Source: an uncultured Gemmatimonadales bacterium
GTDB lineage: Bacteria > Gemmatimonadota > Gemmatimonadetes > Gemmatimonadales > Gemmatimonadaceae
Assembly: GCA_963793305.1 (NCBI GenBank)
Contig: CAWBZV010000005.1
Span: 1,120,001 to 1,184,000, forward strand
DNA length: 64,000 nt
Reading direction: 5' to 3'
Below the pieces are notes generated by a model that was given only the letters and a program-made list of their open reading frames with translations, had not been told where the DNA came from and did not search any database. The position numbers and the translations under genes were made by a program. Each line of letters starts with the position of its first letter. Positions within the stretch are counted from its first letter, which is position 1. Of this stretch, positions 11,506 through 21,667 are shown piece by piece.

Positions 11506-12482
11506 TGCCGCTCGAGGCCGACTCGGATACCTGTCTGATCTGCGGCAATGCACACGACAATCAGCGGTGGACCGCGCGCGAGATGATGTTCGGCTTGCGC
11601 GACCGGTTCGAGTACCGGGAATGCGCGGCGTGCGGTTGCCTCACCCTCATATCACCTCCCGCCGACCTGTCGCGCTACTATCCCGCGGATTACTACGCGC
11701 ACGGGCGCCCGCGTCGCGAGTCCGGACTCAAGCGGTACCTGTGGCGCGTCCTGGCCGATCAGGTGCTGGGTCGACCCAGCGCGCTGGGCCGCGTGCTGGT
11801 GTGGCGTTTCGGGGCGCCGGAGTTCACGGAGTGGGTGCGCACGGCCGAGGTGTCGCGCGACGCCATGATTCTCGATGTCGGATGCGGCAATGGCTGGCTC
11901 CTCCGCCATATCCGAGCCGCGGGCTGGCACCGGCTGACCGGCGTCGACCCGTTCCTGGACCACGAGATCACCTGGCCCGATGGCGTGGTCCTCCGTCGGT
12001 GCGCGCTCGACGAGGTGACCGGCCACTTCGACTTCATCATGGCGCACCACTCCTTCGAGCACATGCCGGACCCGTGCGCCGCCGCGCGCCACATGGCCCG
12101 ACTCCTGGCTCCTGGCGGCCGCGTGCTGATCCGTGTTCCGGTCGCCGACTCCGAAGCGTGGCGTACGTATCGGTCGGATTGGGTGCAGCTCGACGCACCG
12201 CGCCATCACGTGATCCCCACGCGAGTCGGCATGGAGCACATCGCGCGACAGGCGGGTCTCCGCATCGAGCGGGTGACGTACGATTCGACCGGCTTCCAAT
12301 TCTGGGGCAGTGATCAGTACCGCCACGATGTTGCGCTGGCCGACGCGCGCCGGCGGAGCGGTGACGCCTGCCTCTGCTCGGCGAGCGCTCGCGCGCAATA
12401 TGACGCACGCGCTCGCGTCCTGAACGAGAGTGGCGGAGCTGACCAGGCCTGCTTCTACCTGCGCGCCGTCTCCCCGGTATAG
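11505..12482 (+). CDS. Class I SAM-dependent methyltransferase with N-terminal CxxC...CxxC zinc ribbon
   Basis: CLICG...CAACG, ILDVGCGNG, HSFEHMPDP, LDAPRH; ATG overlaps the rfbD stop. Confidence 0.87.
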   Translation: MPLEADSDTCLICGNAHDNQRWTAREMMFGLRDRFEYRECAACGCLTLISPPADLSRYYPADYYAHGRPRRESGLKRYLWRVLADQVLGRPSALGRVLVWRFGAPEFTEWVRTAEVSRDAMILDVGCGNGWLLRHIRAAGWHRLTGVDPFLDHEITWPDGVVLRRCALDEVTGHFDFIMAHHSFEHMPDPCAAARHMARLLAPGGRVLIRVPVADSEAWRTYRSDWVQLDAPRHHVIPTRVGMEHIARQAGLRIERVTYDSTGFQFWGSDQYRHDVALADARRRSGDACLCSASARAQYDARARVLNESGGADQACFYLRAVSPV

Positions 12483-12491
12483 GTTTTCTCC

Positions 12492-14000
12492 ATGCGCCGG
12501 ACCGGACTCCTCGCCCGCGACGTCCTCTGGAACCTTGCGGGCCAGGGCGCCCCAATCGCGGCCGCGTTCTTCGCCATACCCGCGCTGACGCGCGGCCTCG
12601 GCACCGACCGCTTCGGCATTCTCACGCTGGCCTGGGTTTTTCTCGGCTATTTCAGCCTGTTCGATCTGGGCCTCGGTCGGGCGTTGACCCAAGCGGTCTC
12701 AGAGCGCCTTGGTCGCGGTGAAACCGAGGACGTCGCGAGCATCGCCTGGACCTCACTCGCCGCGATGGGCTTGCTCGGACTCGTTGCGACGCTCGGCTCG
12801 GCGCTTGCTGCGCCGCTCATTGTCACCCACGCGCTCAAGGTCCCCCCCGAGCTGCGACGCGAGACGGAGCGGGCGTTCTATGTGCTGGCCGCTTCGATTC
12901 CAGTCGTCATTCTGACATCGGGCTTCCGCGGCCTCCTCGAAGCGCGGCACCGCTTCGACCTGAGCAATGCCATTCGCATGCCGCTCAGCCTCCTCATGCT
13001 CCTCTCACCGCTGGCCGTGCTGCCGTTCGATCACGATCTCTTCGTCATCGTCGGGCTGCTGCTGCTCGTCCGGATCGTGGGCCTGTTCGTGCACGCGTAC
13101 TTTGCCGCCCGAGTCGTGCCCGGTCTGTTCAAGCGCCCTGTCCTACGACTCGACGCGATGCGACCACTCCTGGCCACCGGTGGCTGGATGACGGTATCGA
13201 ACATCGTGAGCCCGCTGCTCGCGAGCTTGGACCGGTTCGTCATCGGCGGCGTGGCGTCCATGTCCGCGGTGGCCTACTACACGGCGCCGTACGAGGCCGT
13301 GACGAAGCTGTGGCTGGTGCCGGTCGCGATCAGTAACGCCCTCTTTCCGGAATTTGCCGCGACATTCTCGCGGGATCCGGTTCGGGGCGCCCGCCTGTAC
13401 CGGCGGAGCGTGACCACATTGCTGCTCGTGCTCTTTCCTATCACACTTGTCATCGTCGCCTTCGCGCGCGTGGGTCTCAAGCTCTGGCTCGGGCCCGTCT
13501 TCGCGCAACGGAGCACGGTGCTGTTGCAGGTGCTGGCGGCAGGGGTGTTGATCAATAGCCTCGCGTCAGTCCCGTTCACCCTCGCACAGGGCGTCGGTCG
13601 CCCGGACCTGACCGCCAAGTTGCACCTGGCGGAGCTCGCGCCTTTCGTCGGACTCCTCTGGATCCTGGTCGAGCGATTTGGCATTGTCGGCGCCGCAATC
13701 GCTTGGACGGCCCGCTGCACGGTCGACAGCGTCGTGCTGTTCATCGTCGGGCGGCGCATGTTGCCGAAGGGACACGCCTCGCTCGTGCCGATCGCCATGG
13801 CGTGCGCCGCCGCGGCCGGGTTGCTCGTGGTCGCGGCCCTCGCGGCAACGCCGTGGCTCCAGTTCGGCGTGGTGGTGATCGGCGTGCCCGTGTTTCTCGT
13901 CTGCGGCGTGACCTGGCTGCTCGATCGCGACGACATCGCGGCGATCCTGGCGCGCGTTCCCCTACGAGCGGCGCGCGCGCGGACTGAGCAGGCCGGCTAG
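12492..14000 (+). CDS. wzx: Polysaccharide flippase (Wzx/PST family)
   Basis: Many TM segments; LGTDRFG, FDLGLG, LDRFVIG, FGIVGAAIAW motifs. Confidence 0.88.
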   Translation: MRRTGLLARDVLWNLAGQGAPIAAAFFAIPALTRGLGTDRFGILTLAWVFLGYFSLFDLGLGRALTQAVSERLGRGETEDVASIAWTSLAAMGLLGLVATLGSALAAPLIVTHALKVPPELRRETERAFYVLAASIPVVILTSGFRGLLEARHRFDLSNAIRMPLSLLMLLSPLAVLPFDHDLFVIVGLLLLVRIVGLFVHAYFAARVVPGLFKRPVLRLDAMRPLLATGGWMTVSNIVSPLLASLDRFVIGGVASMSAVAYYTAPYEAVTKLWLVPVAISNALFPEFAATFSRDPVRGARLYRRSVTTLLLVLFPITLVIVAFARVGLKLWLGPVFAQRSTVLLQVLAAGVLINSLASVPFTLAQGVGRPDLTAKLHLAELAPFVGLLWILVERFGIVGAAIAWTARCTVDSVVLFIVGRRMLPKGHASLVPIAMACAAAAGLLVVAALAATPWLQFGVVVIGVPVFLVCGVTWLLDRDDIAAILARVPLRAARARTEQAG

Positions 14001-14927
14001 GGTGCCGGTGAGCACGGCCCAACCGATCCGGGGATGCCCGCGCACGGTTTCCAAGACCGCGCGGCCCGGTTTCGTGACGATGAGATAGAGGAGCGCCGCA
14101 AGCCGACGCAGCCCACGAAGGTTGCGTCGGACCCAGAAACCGCGATGCCGGTTGACGGCGTACGTGACGCGCGGCGATGCCTGGGCCTTGCCGAACGATG
14201 CGCCGACTCGATGATACGCGATGGCGCGCGGCACGTACCGCAGCGGGATCCCAGCGTCGCGAGCCCTCTGCGAATACTCGGTGTCCTCGAGGTATCCCGG
14301 ATAATAGATCTCCGGCAAGTGCCCCAGCCGCCGCAACGTCGGCGCGGAGATGAGCATCGTGCACCCACAGATGAATTCCGTCGGCAGCGCGCCGTCTCCG
14401 CCGGGCACGTCGAGGTTGTGGATGGACAGCGCGCGGACCGGCAGGATGCGACCGCCCGCGTACCAGACGCGATGGGGCGGCGCCATCTCGTAGATCGTTC
14501 CTGACGCGAGACCCGTGTCCGGGTAGGCGGCCAGTCCGGCCTCGAGATCGGCGAAATAGCTCGGACTCACCGTGGCGTCATTGTTCAACAACAGGAAATG
14601 CGTCGCGCCAACGTCGTGCTCCGCATACGCCAACGCGATATTGTTGCCGCCGGAGAAGCCCCGGTTTGTCGACGATGTGAAGAGCACCACTGCTCCAGAC
14701 CGCGGCACGCGGTCGGCGGGCCAGCCCGTCCGATCCTCACTCTCGATGCGCAGCGGTACGCCGCGCTCGCCCGCCCACGCGCGCAGTCGCTCGACCTCGC
14801 CGGGTCGGGAGCCGTTGTCGACCAGTGCAATGCCGTACGGCCGCGGCCGCGCGTCGAAGAGCGACTGGAGGCAGACCTCCGTATCGGCCGCGCCGTTCCA
14901 GTTGACGAGAATGACCCAGACGTTCAC
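13962..14927 (-). CDS. Glycosyltransferase family 2
   Basis: VILVNWNG, VDNGS, NRGFSGGNN, LLNND, YLEDTE; GTG at 14927 overlaps upstream stop. Confidence 0.9.
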   Translation of the reverse strand: MNVWVILVNWNGAADTEVCLQSLFDARPRPYGIALVDNGSRPGEVERLRAWAGERGVPLRIESEDRTGWPADRVPRSGAVVLFTSSTNRGFSGGNNIALAYAEHDVGATHFLLLNNDATVSPSYFADLEAGLAAYPDTGLASGTIYEMAPPHRVWYAGGRILPVRALSIHNLDVPGGDGALPTEFICGCTMLISAPTLRRLGHLPEIYYPGYLEDTEYSQRARDAGIPLRYVPRAIAYHRVGASFGKAQASPRVTYAVNRHRGFWVRRNLRGLRRLAALLYLIVTKPGRAVLETVRGHPRIGWAVLTGTLAGLLSPRARRS

Positions 14928-16432
14928 GCGCGGTTCACGCGGTCGGCACACTCTGTCCCGACGATCGTCATCGTCGCGCCGCTCAGCCAGAAGTAGAGGT
15001 ACGAGACGAATTGTCCGGTGAAGACCACCGAGGTGACGCTGTTGATGGCGATGCCGACGGTCGCCGCCAAGACCAGGACGCCGAAATGACGGGTGGGGGC
15101 CGTCGACCCGGAGCGAGCAATGGTCCGAGCGGCTGCGCCGACGCCGAAGAGAATCACCAGGAGCGGCAGCAGTCCCGGCAATCCGAGCTCGACGCCGTAC
15201 TTGAGGTACAGATTGTCTCCGGTCACATGTTCTGCGCCGAATCGGTCTCCGGTCGCGTCGGCGGTCGCCAAGCCAGTGCCGAGCGGGTTCGCGACGAACG
15301 CCGCGATGCCGTTCGACCAATCGACGAGGTGCTCCGTGCTGCTGCCGGTCTTGAACAACAACGTGTCGATCAACCACGCACCGAAGTCCGGTATGACGGC
15401 GATCGACATCACGAGCACCGCGGCGAATCCGGCGAGCACGCCGACGATGGCGCTCCGGCGATGGAGGTACCACGCGACGAGTCCCGTTTCGATCACGGCG
15501 CACACGATCGACATGCGCGTCACGGTCAGCAACAGGCCGGTCCAGGCGATAGCGTAGGCCACCCATCGGAGGAGCCCCACCCGGCGATCGCGGCGTAACA
15601 CCGCGATCGTGGCGGCCGGCATGATGAGGAGGAAGGCCGCCGCGAAGGCCTGGCTGGACAGGAACGTCGAGCCGGCGCGTGCGACCTGGCGGCCGCCGAT
15701 CTCCGTAAAGTAGTTCATTGGCAGTCCCAACTCGTCGGTCTGCAGCATGACCCCGAGGTTGAGAAAATCGCTAAAGTACTTCGACGCTCCGATGGCCACG
15801 AGGAACTCAGGTGGTACGAACAGTCGCTCGAGAATGGCCACGATGGAGAGGGCGACGCCGACCGCGAAGATCGTGTTCACGATGATTTCGCCGGCCATCT
15901 CTTTTCCACTGGACCGGCCGACGAAATAGAGCAGCAGAAAGAGACCGCTGTCGCGCACGCCGTACAACTGGCCGACGAGCGGGATCGGAGTGCCGACGAA
16001 CGGCTCTCGACCGATCAGGTTGCCCAGAACGACCGCGCCGAGGGCGGCGACGACGAGATCCATGGCGACGACGCGCGCGCCCCCACCCCGACCGGTCAAC
16101 AGTCGGACGATGAGCGCGATGAACACCACGAGCACGAGCGCTTCCTTCCACGCCGCGACGATCCGCGTGGTGGTCTCCGACAGGCCAACCACGGCGAAGA
16201 GCACGGCGACCACGACCACGTGCAGTGGGAGGAGGCAACACAGCGTGATGAACGCGCGCCGCGGGCGAGCCGCGAGCCAGGCGACCGCGCCCGATCCGAC
16301 GAGGACCAACGCGATCGGCGGTGCCAGCCATCCCAAGACCAGGAGCGCGGCCAGTCCGCCGACGCCCAGTCGCCACCACCGCCAGCGGCCCGGCTCGCCG
16401 TCTCCGGAGATCGCGACGGCGGCGGTCGTCAT
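14924..16432 (-). CDS. O-antigen ligase/Wzy polymerase-like membrane protein
   Basis: Multi-TM; RAGSTF, LLTVTR, NPLGTG, DNLYL...ELGLPG (Wzy_C-like) in wza-wzz context. Confidence 0.78.
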   Translation of the reverse strand: MTTAAVAISGDGEPGRWRWWRLGVGGLAALLVLGWLAPPIALVLVGSGAVAWLAARPRRAFITLCCLLPLHVVVVAVLFAVVGLSETTTRIVAAWKEALVLVVFIALIVRLLTGRGGGARVVAMDLVVAALGAVVLGNLIGREPFVGTPIPLVGQLYGVRDSGLFLLLYFVGRSSGKEMAGEIIVNTIFAVGVALSIVAILERLFVPPEFLVAIGASKYFSDFLNLGVMLQTDELGLPMNYFTEIGGRQVARAGSTFLSSQAFAAAFLLIMPAATIAVLRRDRRVGLLRWVAYAIAWTGLLLTVTRMSIVCAVIETGLVAWYLHRRSAIVGVLAGFAAVLVMSIAVIPDFGAWLIDTLLFKTGSSTEHLVDWSNGIAAFVANPLGTGLATADATGDRFGAEHVTGDNLYLKYGVELGLPGLLPLLVILFGVGAAARTIARSGSTAPTRHFGVLVLAATVGIAINSVTSVVFTGQFVSYLYFWLSGATMTIVGTECADRVNRA

Positions 16433-17535
16433 CGATCGTCGGCCACCGCGGCGCGCTGCCGGCGACGGGCGCCAGGAATGGCTCTGACCACGCCATCCAC
16501 TGCCATCCTCAAGCCAGCCGCCTCCTGGGGGTTCCGCTCGGCCCAGCCCGCGACGAGCACGAGCGAGCCGGCGACGAGCACGCCGAGGAACAGGCCAATG
16601 AAGGCCGCCGCAATGGTGATCGATGTGCGCTTGGGCCACTGTCGCATGACGGGGACGACCGCCGAGTCGACGACAGTGATCACCGGCGTGTCGTTCACCT
16701 CATCGAGTCGCGACGTTTCGAGCTCACGACGCAAAGTGAGGTAGAGCTCGCCCTCGATCTCGACCTGACGCCGGAGGCGTCCCTGCTCGAACGTCAGCTC
16801 CGCCGACTGCTGCCATTGCCGGTTGGTTTGCTGAAAATCACGAAGCCGGTCTTCGGCCGCGCGCAGCGTCGCCTGCGCGTTGGTCACCCGCGCATCGGCG
16901 AACACGCGGCGCGCCCGCGCGCGCGACTGGCGCTGCTCGACGTTGAACGAGTCGACGAGCGCCGTCACGTGATTGGCCAATGCCGCCGACAACGCGGGCC
17001 AGCGCGTATCGGCCCAGACCGTTATCAGATTGGTCTTGGTATCCGGGATCGCGCGAATCACGCCCTTCTCGAGCGTCGTGAGTGTCATCTCGAGTCGCTT
17101 CCGCGGATCCGGCACGTCGTCCGGCCCGAGGAGCTCCACGAGCGTCGCGGTGGCCTGGCCTCCGCGTTGGCGCGGATTCGCGTATTGCGCCGTCGCCAAC
17201 CTGGTGAGCAACTCGCGACTCATGATCAGTTGCTGGTAGAACTGCGGCGACGTGGTCGGGTCACCGGACACGCCGATCCCCAACGACTGGGCAAAGCCCG
17301 AGGCGCCCGCGATGCTGGCCAGCCCGGAGGACAGCCGCGATCCGGAATTCGGTATGGCGAGGAACGAGGCGCGCCCGCGGTAAATGGGGTGCGCAATGAA
17401 CGTGATGGCGATCGCGGCCGCCACGACGGCGAACGCGATCAATGCGACCATCCGCCACCGCGTGAGCACGCGTGCGAGCCATTCACCGAAGGTCATGCCG
17501 TTGCTCAGAACGGCGGGCGCGATCCCGTTTGTCAT
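16429..17535 (-). CDS. Polysaccharide chain-length determinant (Wzz/GumC-like, no kinase domain)
   Basis: N-terminal TM followed by PIYRGRA, central coiled coil, VVDSAVVP...PKR and a C-terminal TM. Confidence 0.8.
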   Translation of the reverse strand: MTNGIAPAVLSNGMTFGEWLARVLTRWRMVALIAFAVVAAAIAITFIAHPIYRGRASFLAIPNSGSRLSSGLASIAGASGFAQSLGIGVSGDPTTSPQFYQQLIMSRELLTRLATAQYANPRQRGGQATATLVELLGPDDVPDPRKRLEMTLTTLEKGVIRAIPDTKTNLITVWADTRWPALSAALANHVTALVDSFNVEQRQSRARARRVFADARVTNAQATLRAAEDRLRDFQQTNRQWQQSAELTFEQGRLRRQVEIEGELYLTLRRELETSRLDEVNDTPVITVVDSAVVPVMRQWPKRTSITIAAAFIGLFLGVLVAGSLVLVAGWAERNPQEAAGLRMAVDGVVRAIPGARRRQRAAVADDR

Positions 17536-20182
17536 CAGTGCCGTGTCAGGTAGATGACCGTCGCCAGGCTGGCGATCAACTGCACTGCGGTTCCGATGTA
17601 GGCCAGTGTCTGATCGGGCTGTTGGAGTCGCAGTTCCTTCTCCGGAACGTACACCCGCGAGCCCGGCTCGGGCACCGGGATGGTCGCCGGGAGAATCCCG
17701 TGGTGTCGAACGCTCTCGACCGTACCGTCGGGCTGCGTCACGTAGGCGCGACTGAGCTCCGCGCGGATGCCGGGGCCACCCGCGGCGTACACATAGTAAA
17801 TGAGGTTCTTGCCCGGGGCGTACGTGATCGCGATGGGCGCGTTCACCGATCCCGCGACGCGCACGACACCCGAGTAGCTCGGGATACTGATGGAATCGCC
17901 ATCCTGCAGAATGAGGTTGTCCTGGTGGTTCGGATTCTTGAGCGCGTCGCGAACGTCGACACCGATCCGGCCAACATGGTTCTGCGTCCGAATCAGCGCG
18001 ATGCCATTCGGATCGGCCTCTTTCGTCGGGCCACCCGCGCGCTCCAGTACTGCGTCGAGCCGCTCGGTCTTGGTGAGGAGCGTATATCGCCCGGGATACC
18101 GGACCTCGCCGGTCACCACGACCGTCCGGGGCAAGGTCCAATTGACTTGACGGAAGATGAGCACGTTGTCATACGGCTCGAGCACCGTGGACGGTCCCGA
18201 TGAGTCCAAGGGAACGCGCATGGTCACCGCCGTCACTCCACCCGCCCGATTCTCGGGAACGCGGGCAATCTCCGCCTGCGTGAGATCCGCGCCCTCCGTC
18301 GGGCCGCCGGCGAGGAGGACGAGGTCGCGCAAGGTCATGCCATCGTGATACGCCAAGCGCCCACCGTGGCGCACCGCGCCGGCGATGGCGACGTAGCGCC
18401 GCGGTCGCATCTCGTGCAACGCGAAGATCCGGATGTCGTCGTGGTCCTGCAGGATCACGTCCTCAATGGGCTCTCCGGTTGAGTCCCGGAGCGCTGCGCG
18501 GAGCTGTTGGCGGGTCGAATCCGGCCGCAGGCGCGCGATCAGCACGCTGCCGAGATACGCATCGGGTTTGAGGCCGCCGGCGAGTTTGAGCGCATCGGAG
18601 AGACGCATACCCGGCGAGAACCCCTGTGCACCCGGCGTCCAGACATCGCCGGAGACCGTCACGCGGTCGCGGACGCTCAGGTCGACCTTGAACACGTGCA
18701 CGCTGTCGTCCGGCTCCATCGCGATGGCCGGGCCAAGGCTGGCGTCCAGATCGGGAGGGGAGAACGTCCATCACGACCCGAGCGCGGTTGCCCCCGCCGG
18801 CCGTCGTATCGGGAACGACGCGCGTAATCTGCACGCGGTGGCGGACCGCGCTGGCCTCGAACCCACCGGCGTCGCGGAGCGCGTCGCGCAGTGTCTCCCC
18901 AGGCGCGAGCTCGTAGATGGCTTGACGCACCACCTCGCCCGTGACCTTGATGCGCGGGCCGTGCACCGGCACGAACACGATGTCACCGCTCTGGAGCTGG
19001 ACATCATGTGATGCGTCGCCGTGCAGGAGATACGCGTAGACGTTCGAGCGAGTCCGCCAACCGGCCGCCGCGCCGGATCTCGATGCGGCGCAGCGAGCCG
19101 TTCGGGTCCGGCCCGCCCGCGACGTAGAGGGCAGTGAGGGCCGTGCCGGCGCTCGAGATCTCGTAGCTGCCCGGTTGCGCGACGTCGCCGACCACGAAGA
19201 CCTGATTCGTGTGGAGGCGGGTGACGCTGATCGAGAAATGCGTGGTTGCCGATGGTCCCCGGCGCACGCCGGAGTAGAACCGCGGGAGCCGCTCGTACAA
19301 CACGTCTTCCAACTGCGCCAGGGTAAGATTCGCCACGGCGATCTCACCGACCGAGGGGATCACGACGAACCCCTCGCGCGTGACGAGCAGCGATCGGGCG
19401 GCTTCGACCTGCCCGGTCAGGATCAGCATCAACTGGTCGCCGGGTTCGATCCGGTAGTTCGCCCCGACGGGACCCGCGAGATTCGCTCTGAATTGCGAGC
19501 TGCCCCGTCGAAAGAGATTCAAGCCGAACACCCGAAGGGCGGAGTCGGGTGGCGCGAGCATACGGAGGAGCCGCTGCTTGGCGGCATAGGGGATCGATGT
19601 ATCGGCCACCAGCGACCGAATGCGGGCGCGGATGGCCCGCATCGAATCGGCGGCGAACGCCGTATCCGCCGTCGAGTCGAACGCATACGCATCAGGGGGA
19701 GGTCGGAGGCGTCGCAACGCGCGGCCGAGCAGCAGCGAATCCGCGTAGGCGGCCGCACCCGTGTCGACCGTATCGGCCAGGCGCCCTCGCGCGCGGCGGG
19801 AGAGGAGAGAGTCGAGTCGGGCGGTACCCACCAGTGAGTCGACGGTCGCCGAGTCCACCAGTCCGAGTTGGCTGACGGCGTTGATCACCTCGGCGCTCGG
19901 CGGCATTGTGTCGGCGGACGTGCCGCCACCGCCAGCCATGTAGGCGTCCAGCAGACTGTCAGGATACCCCGCTGCCTCCAGTCGTGACCGGATCTGCTCC
20001 GGAGTCAGCCCGCTCTCCTCGAGGCGTTGTCGCAGCTGCGCGGCGAGGTCAGGTCGGGTCTGGAGGAGCTGCTGTGCCTGTGAGGAAGATGGGACCTGCG
20101 GCACCTGGGCCGCCGCGACCTGCGCGGCGACGAGCAGTGCCACCGCCAGGCCGACTGCGGTAATTAGCGACCGAGGTCGCAC
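17535..20182 (-). CDS. SLBB-repeat polysaccharide export protein (Wza/KpsD-like), two +1 frameshifts at 19039-19045 and 18762-18768 (about 881 aa if repaired)
   Basis: Signal peptide ending VAAAQ; YRIEPGDQL Poly_export motif; repeated V.V.G.V..PG and L..AGG SLBB units spread over three consecutive frames. Confidence 0.85.
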
Positions 20183-20349
20183 GGAAGCGTTCGCATCTTG
20201 GGGAGCAGGATGGAGAAACGTCTGCGGCGAGCGCGTCGCCTGGAACAGAGCGGTAGTGTAATTCGCGAGACACCAGGCGGGTACCCCCGAGCCCGCTCCG
20301 ACGTTCCGGTCTTGCGCGTGTATGAACGACCAGCCCAACATTGCACGAA

Positions 20350-21555
20350 GTGCAACGCTACGCGACACTCACACTCCTGCTCGCGGTCCCGCTCGCTCCG
20401 CTCGCCGGAACGGCGCATCACCGCGGGGTACACGTCCTGAGCCTGGCACAAGCGACCGATACCGAGGCGGCATTTGCCGCTTGGGTCGGCGCAATCAACG
20501 CCGATTGCTCGGATACCGTCGTCGGTGATCTCGGCGACAACGTGGTGCGGCTGCGGCGCAATCCGGAGTATCGCATTCGCGCGACGTGTGTGGCGCCCGC
20601 CGCGCGGTCCGTCGAGATTCGCGGCCACGGGGCCGACTCATCGCTCATCGTCGTCAATTCCACGGCGTACGCCGGCGGTGGCGGATTCGCCTTCTTGGTC
20701 GACGACCGACGCGTCCGCATCCATGATCTCGCCATTCGGGGCAACGCGTCCGACTTTGCGCGCAATGCCGGAGACGGGAACAGCGGCGAGGCGATCCGCT
20801 TCCAGGGTGACAGCGGAGGATACGGCGAGGCGGATCACCTCTCCATCAGCCAGTTCGCCACCGCCGGCGTCAATGTGTACAAGGCGCCCGCCGTCTCGGT
20901 GCACGATGTCACCGTCGTCTGTCCGACGTGGACCCACGCGCCGGCCGTCGTGCCGGCAATGGGCATCTGGGTACGATTGATTCGGCAACCCCGTCCACGC
21001 GGGCAGTTCAATGGAACCGTGGACAGGAACACGGTGTCCACGTGCTCCGCTGAGGGCATCGCGATCTCCAGCGCGACGCATATCGCGATCCGGTACAACC
21101 GGGTCGGATGCCCGGATGGCTCGTGTGCATCGACGAGCATCGGGATCGCACTGTATGGCGATGGGTCGGATTGCACGCGCGCGGTCGTGTCGAGCAACTA
21201 CGTTTATGGCAACACGGTGATAGCCGGCAACAGTATCAGCGCGGGGATCGTGATCCAGGGGACGGGCAACAGTGTCGGCTCGGGTCACGCGAACACGATC
21301 GACAGCAACACCGTCCGCGATCCCGGGAAGTACGGCATCGTCATCGCTCGGGCGTCGTGCGTAGGTGCCGCCGCGTACGGCGGGAATGTCGTTTCGCGCA
21401 ATACCCTTTCGGGAGCGGCGCGGCCGTTGATTGTGGTCGGGGGGTCGGCGGACACCGTCGCGCTCAATACGCTGGCGATCGGTGGTGGAAACCGGACGAA
21501 TCTCATTCAGGATCTGACCGGCACCGCGGTCGTCCGCGAAAACATCATCCACTGA
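20350..21555 (+). CDS. Secreted right-handed parallel beta-helix protein (pectin-lyase-like fold)
   Basis: Signal-like N-terminus; repeated GI.I and N.V..N beta-helix units; 8 Cys. Confidence 0.7.
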   Translation: MQRYATLTLLLAVPLAPLAGTAHHRGVHVLSLAQATDTEAAFAAWVGAINADCSDTVVGDLGDNVVRLRRNPEYRIRATCVAPAARSVEIRGHGADSSLIVVNSTAYAGGGGFAFLVDDRRVRIHDLAIRGNASDFARNAGDGNSGEAIRFQGDSGGYGEADHLSISQFATAGVNVYKAPAVSVHDVTVVCPTWTHAPAVVPAMGIWVRLIRQPRPRGQFNGTVDRNTVSTCSAEGIAISSATHIAIRYNRVGCPDGSCASTSIGIALYGDGSDCTRAVVSSNYVYGNTVIAGNSISAGIVIQGTGNSVGSGHANTIDSNTVRDPGKYGIVIARASCVGAAAYGGNVVSRNTLSGAARPLIVVGGSADTVALNTLAIGGGNRTNLIQDLTGTAVVRENIIH

Positions 21556-21667
21556 TCGACGCGGTCTATAGTCTTTCGGGCCACGCTATTGACCGCGCCA
21601 GGACGGTTGTCCACGTTATGTCGTTGCCCGTTGCGCGTACCTTCCTCGCCCGGAGCGGCTGCCCCGC

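Noticed and set aside
20249..20259. ops/JUMPstart-like AGCGGTAGTGT (also GCGGTAGCG at 7845)
   Set aside because: The first is on the wrong strand for the export operon and the second is just CGG-TAG at a stop codon; short matches are expected in GC-rich DNA.
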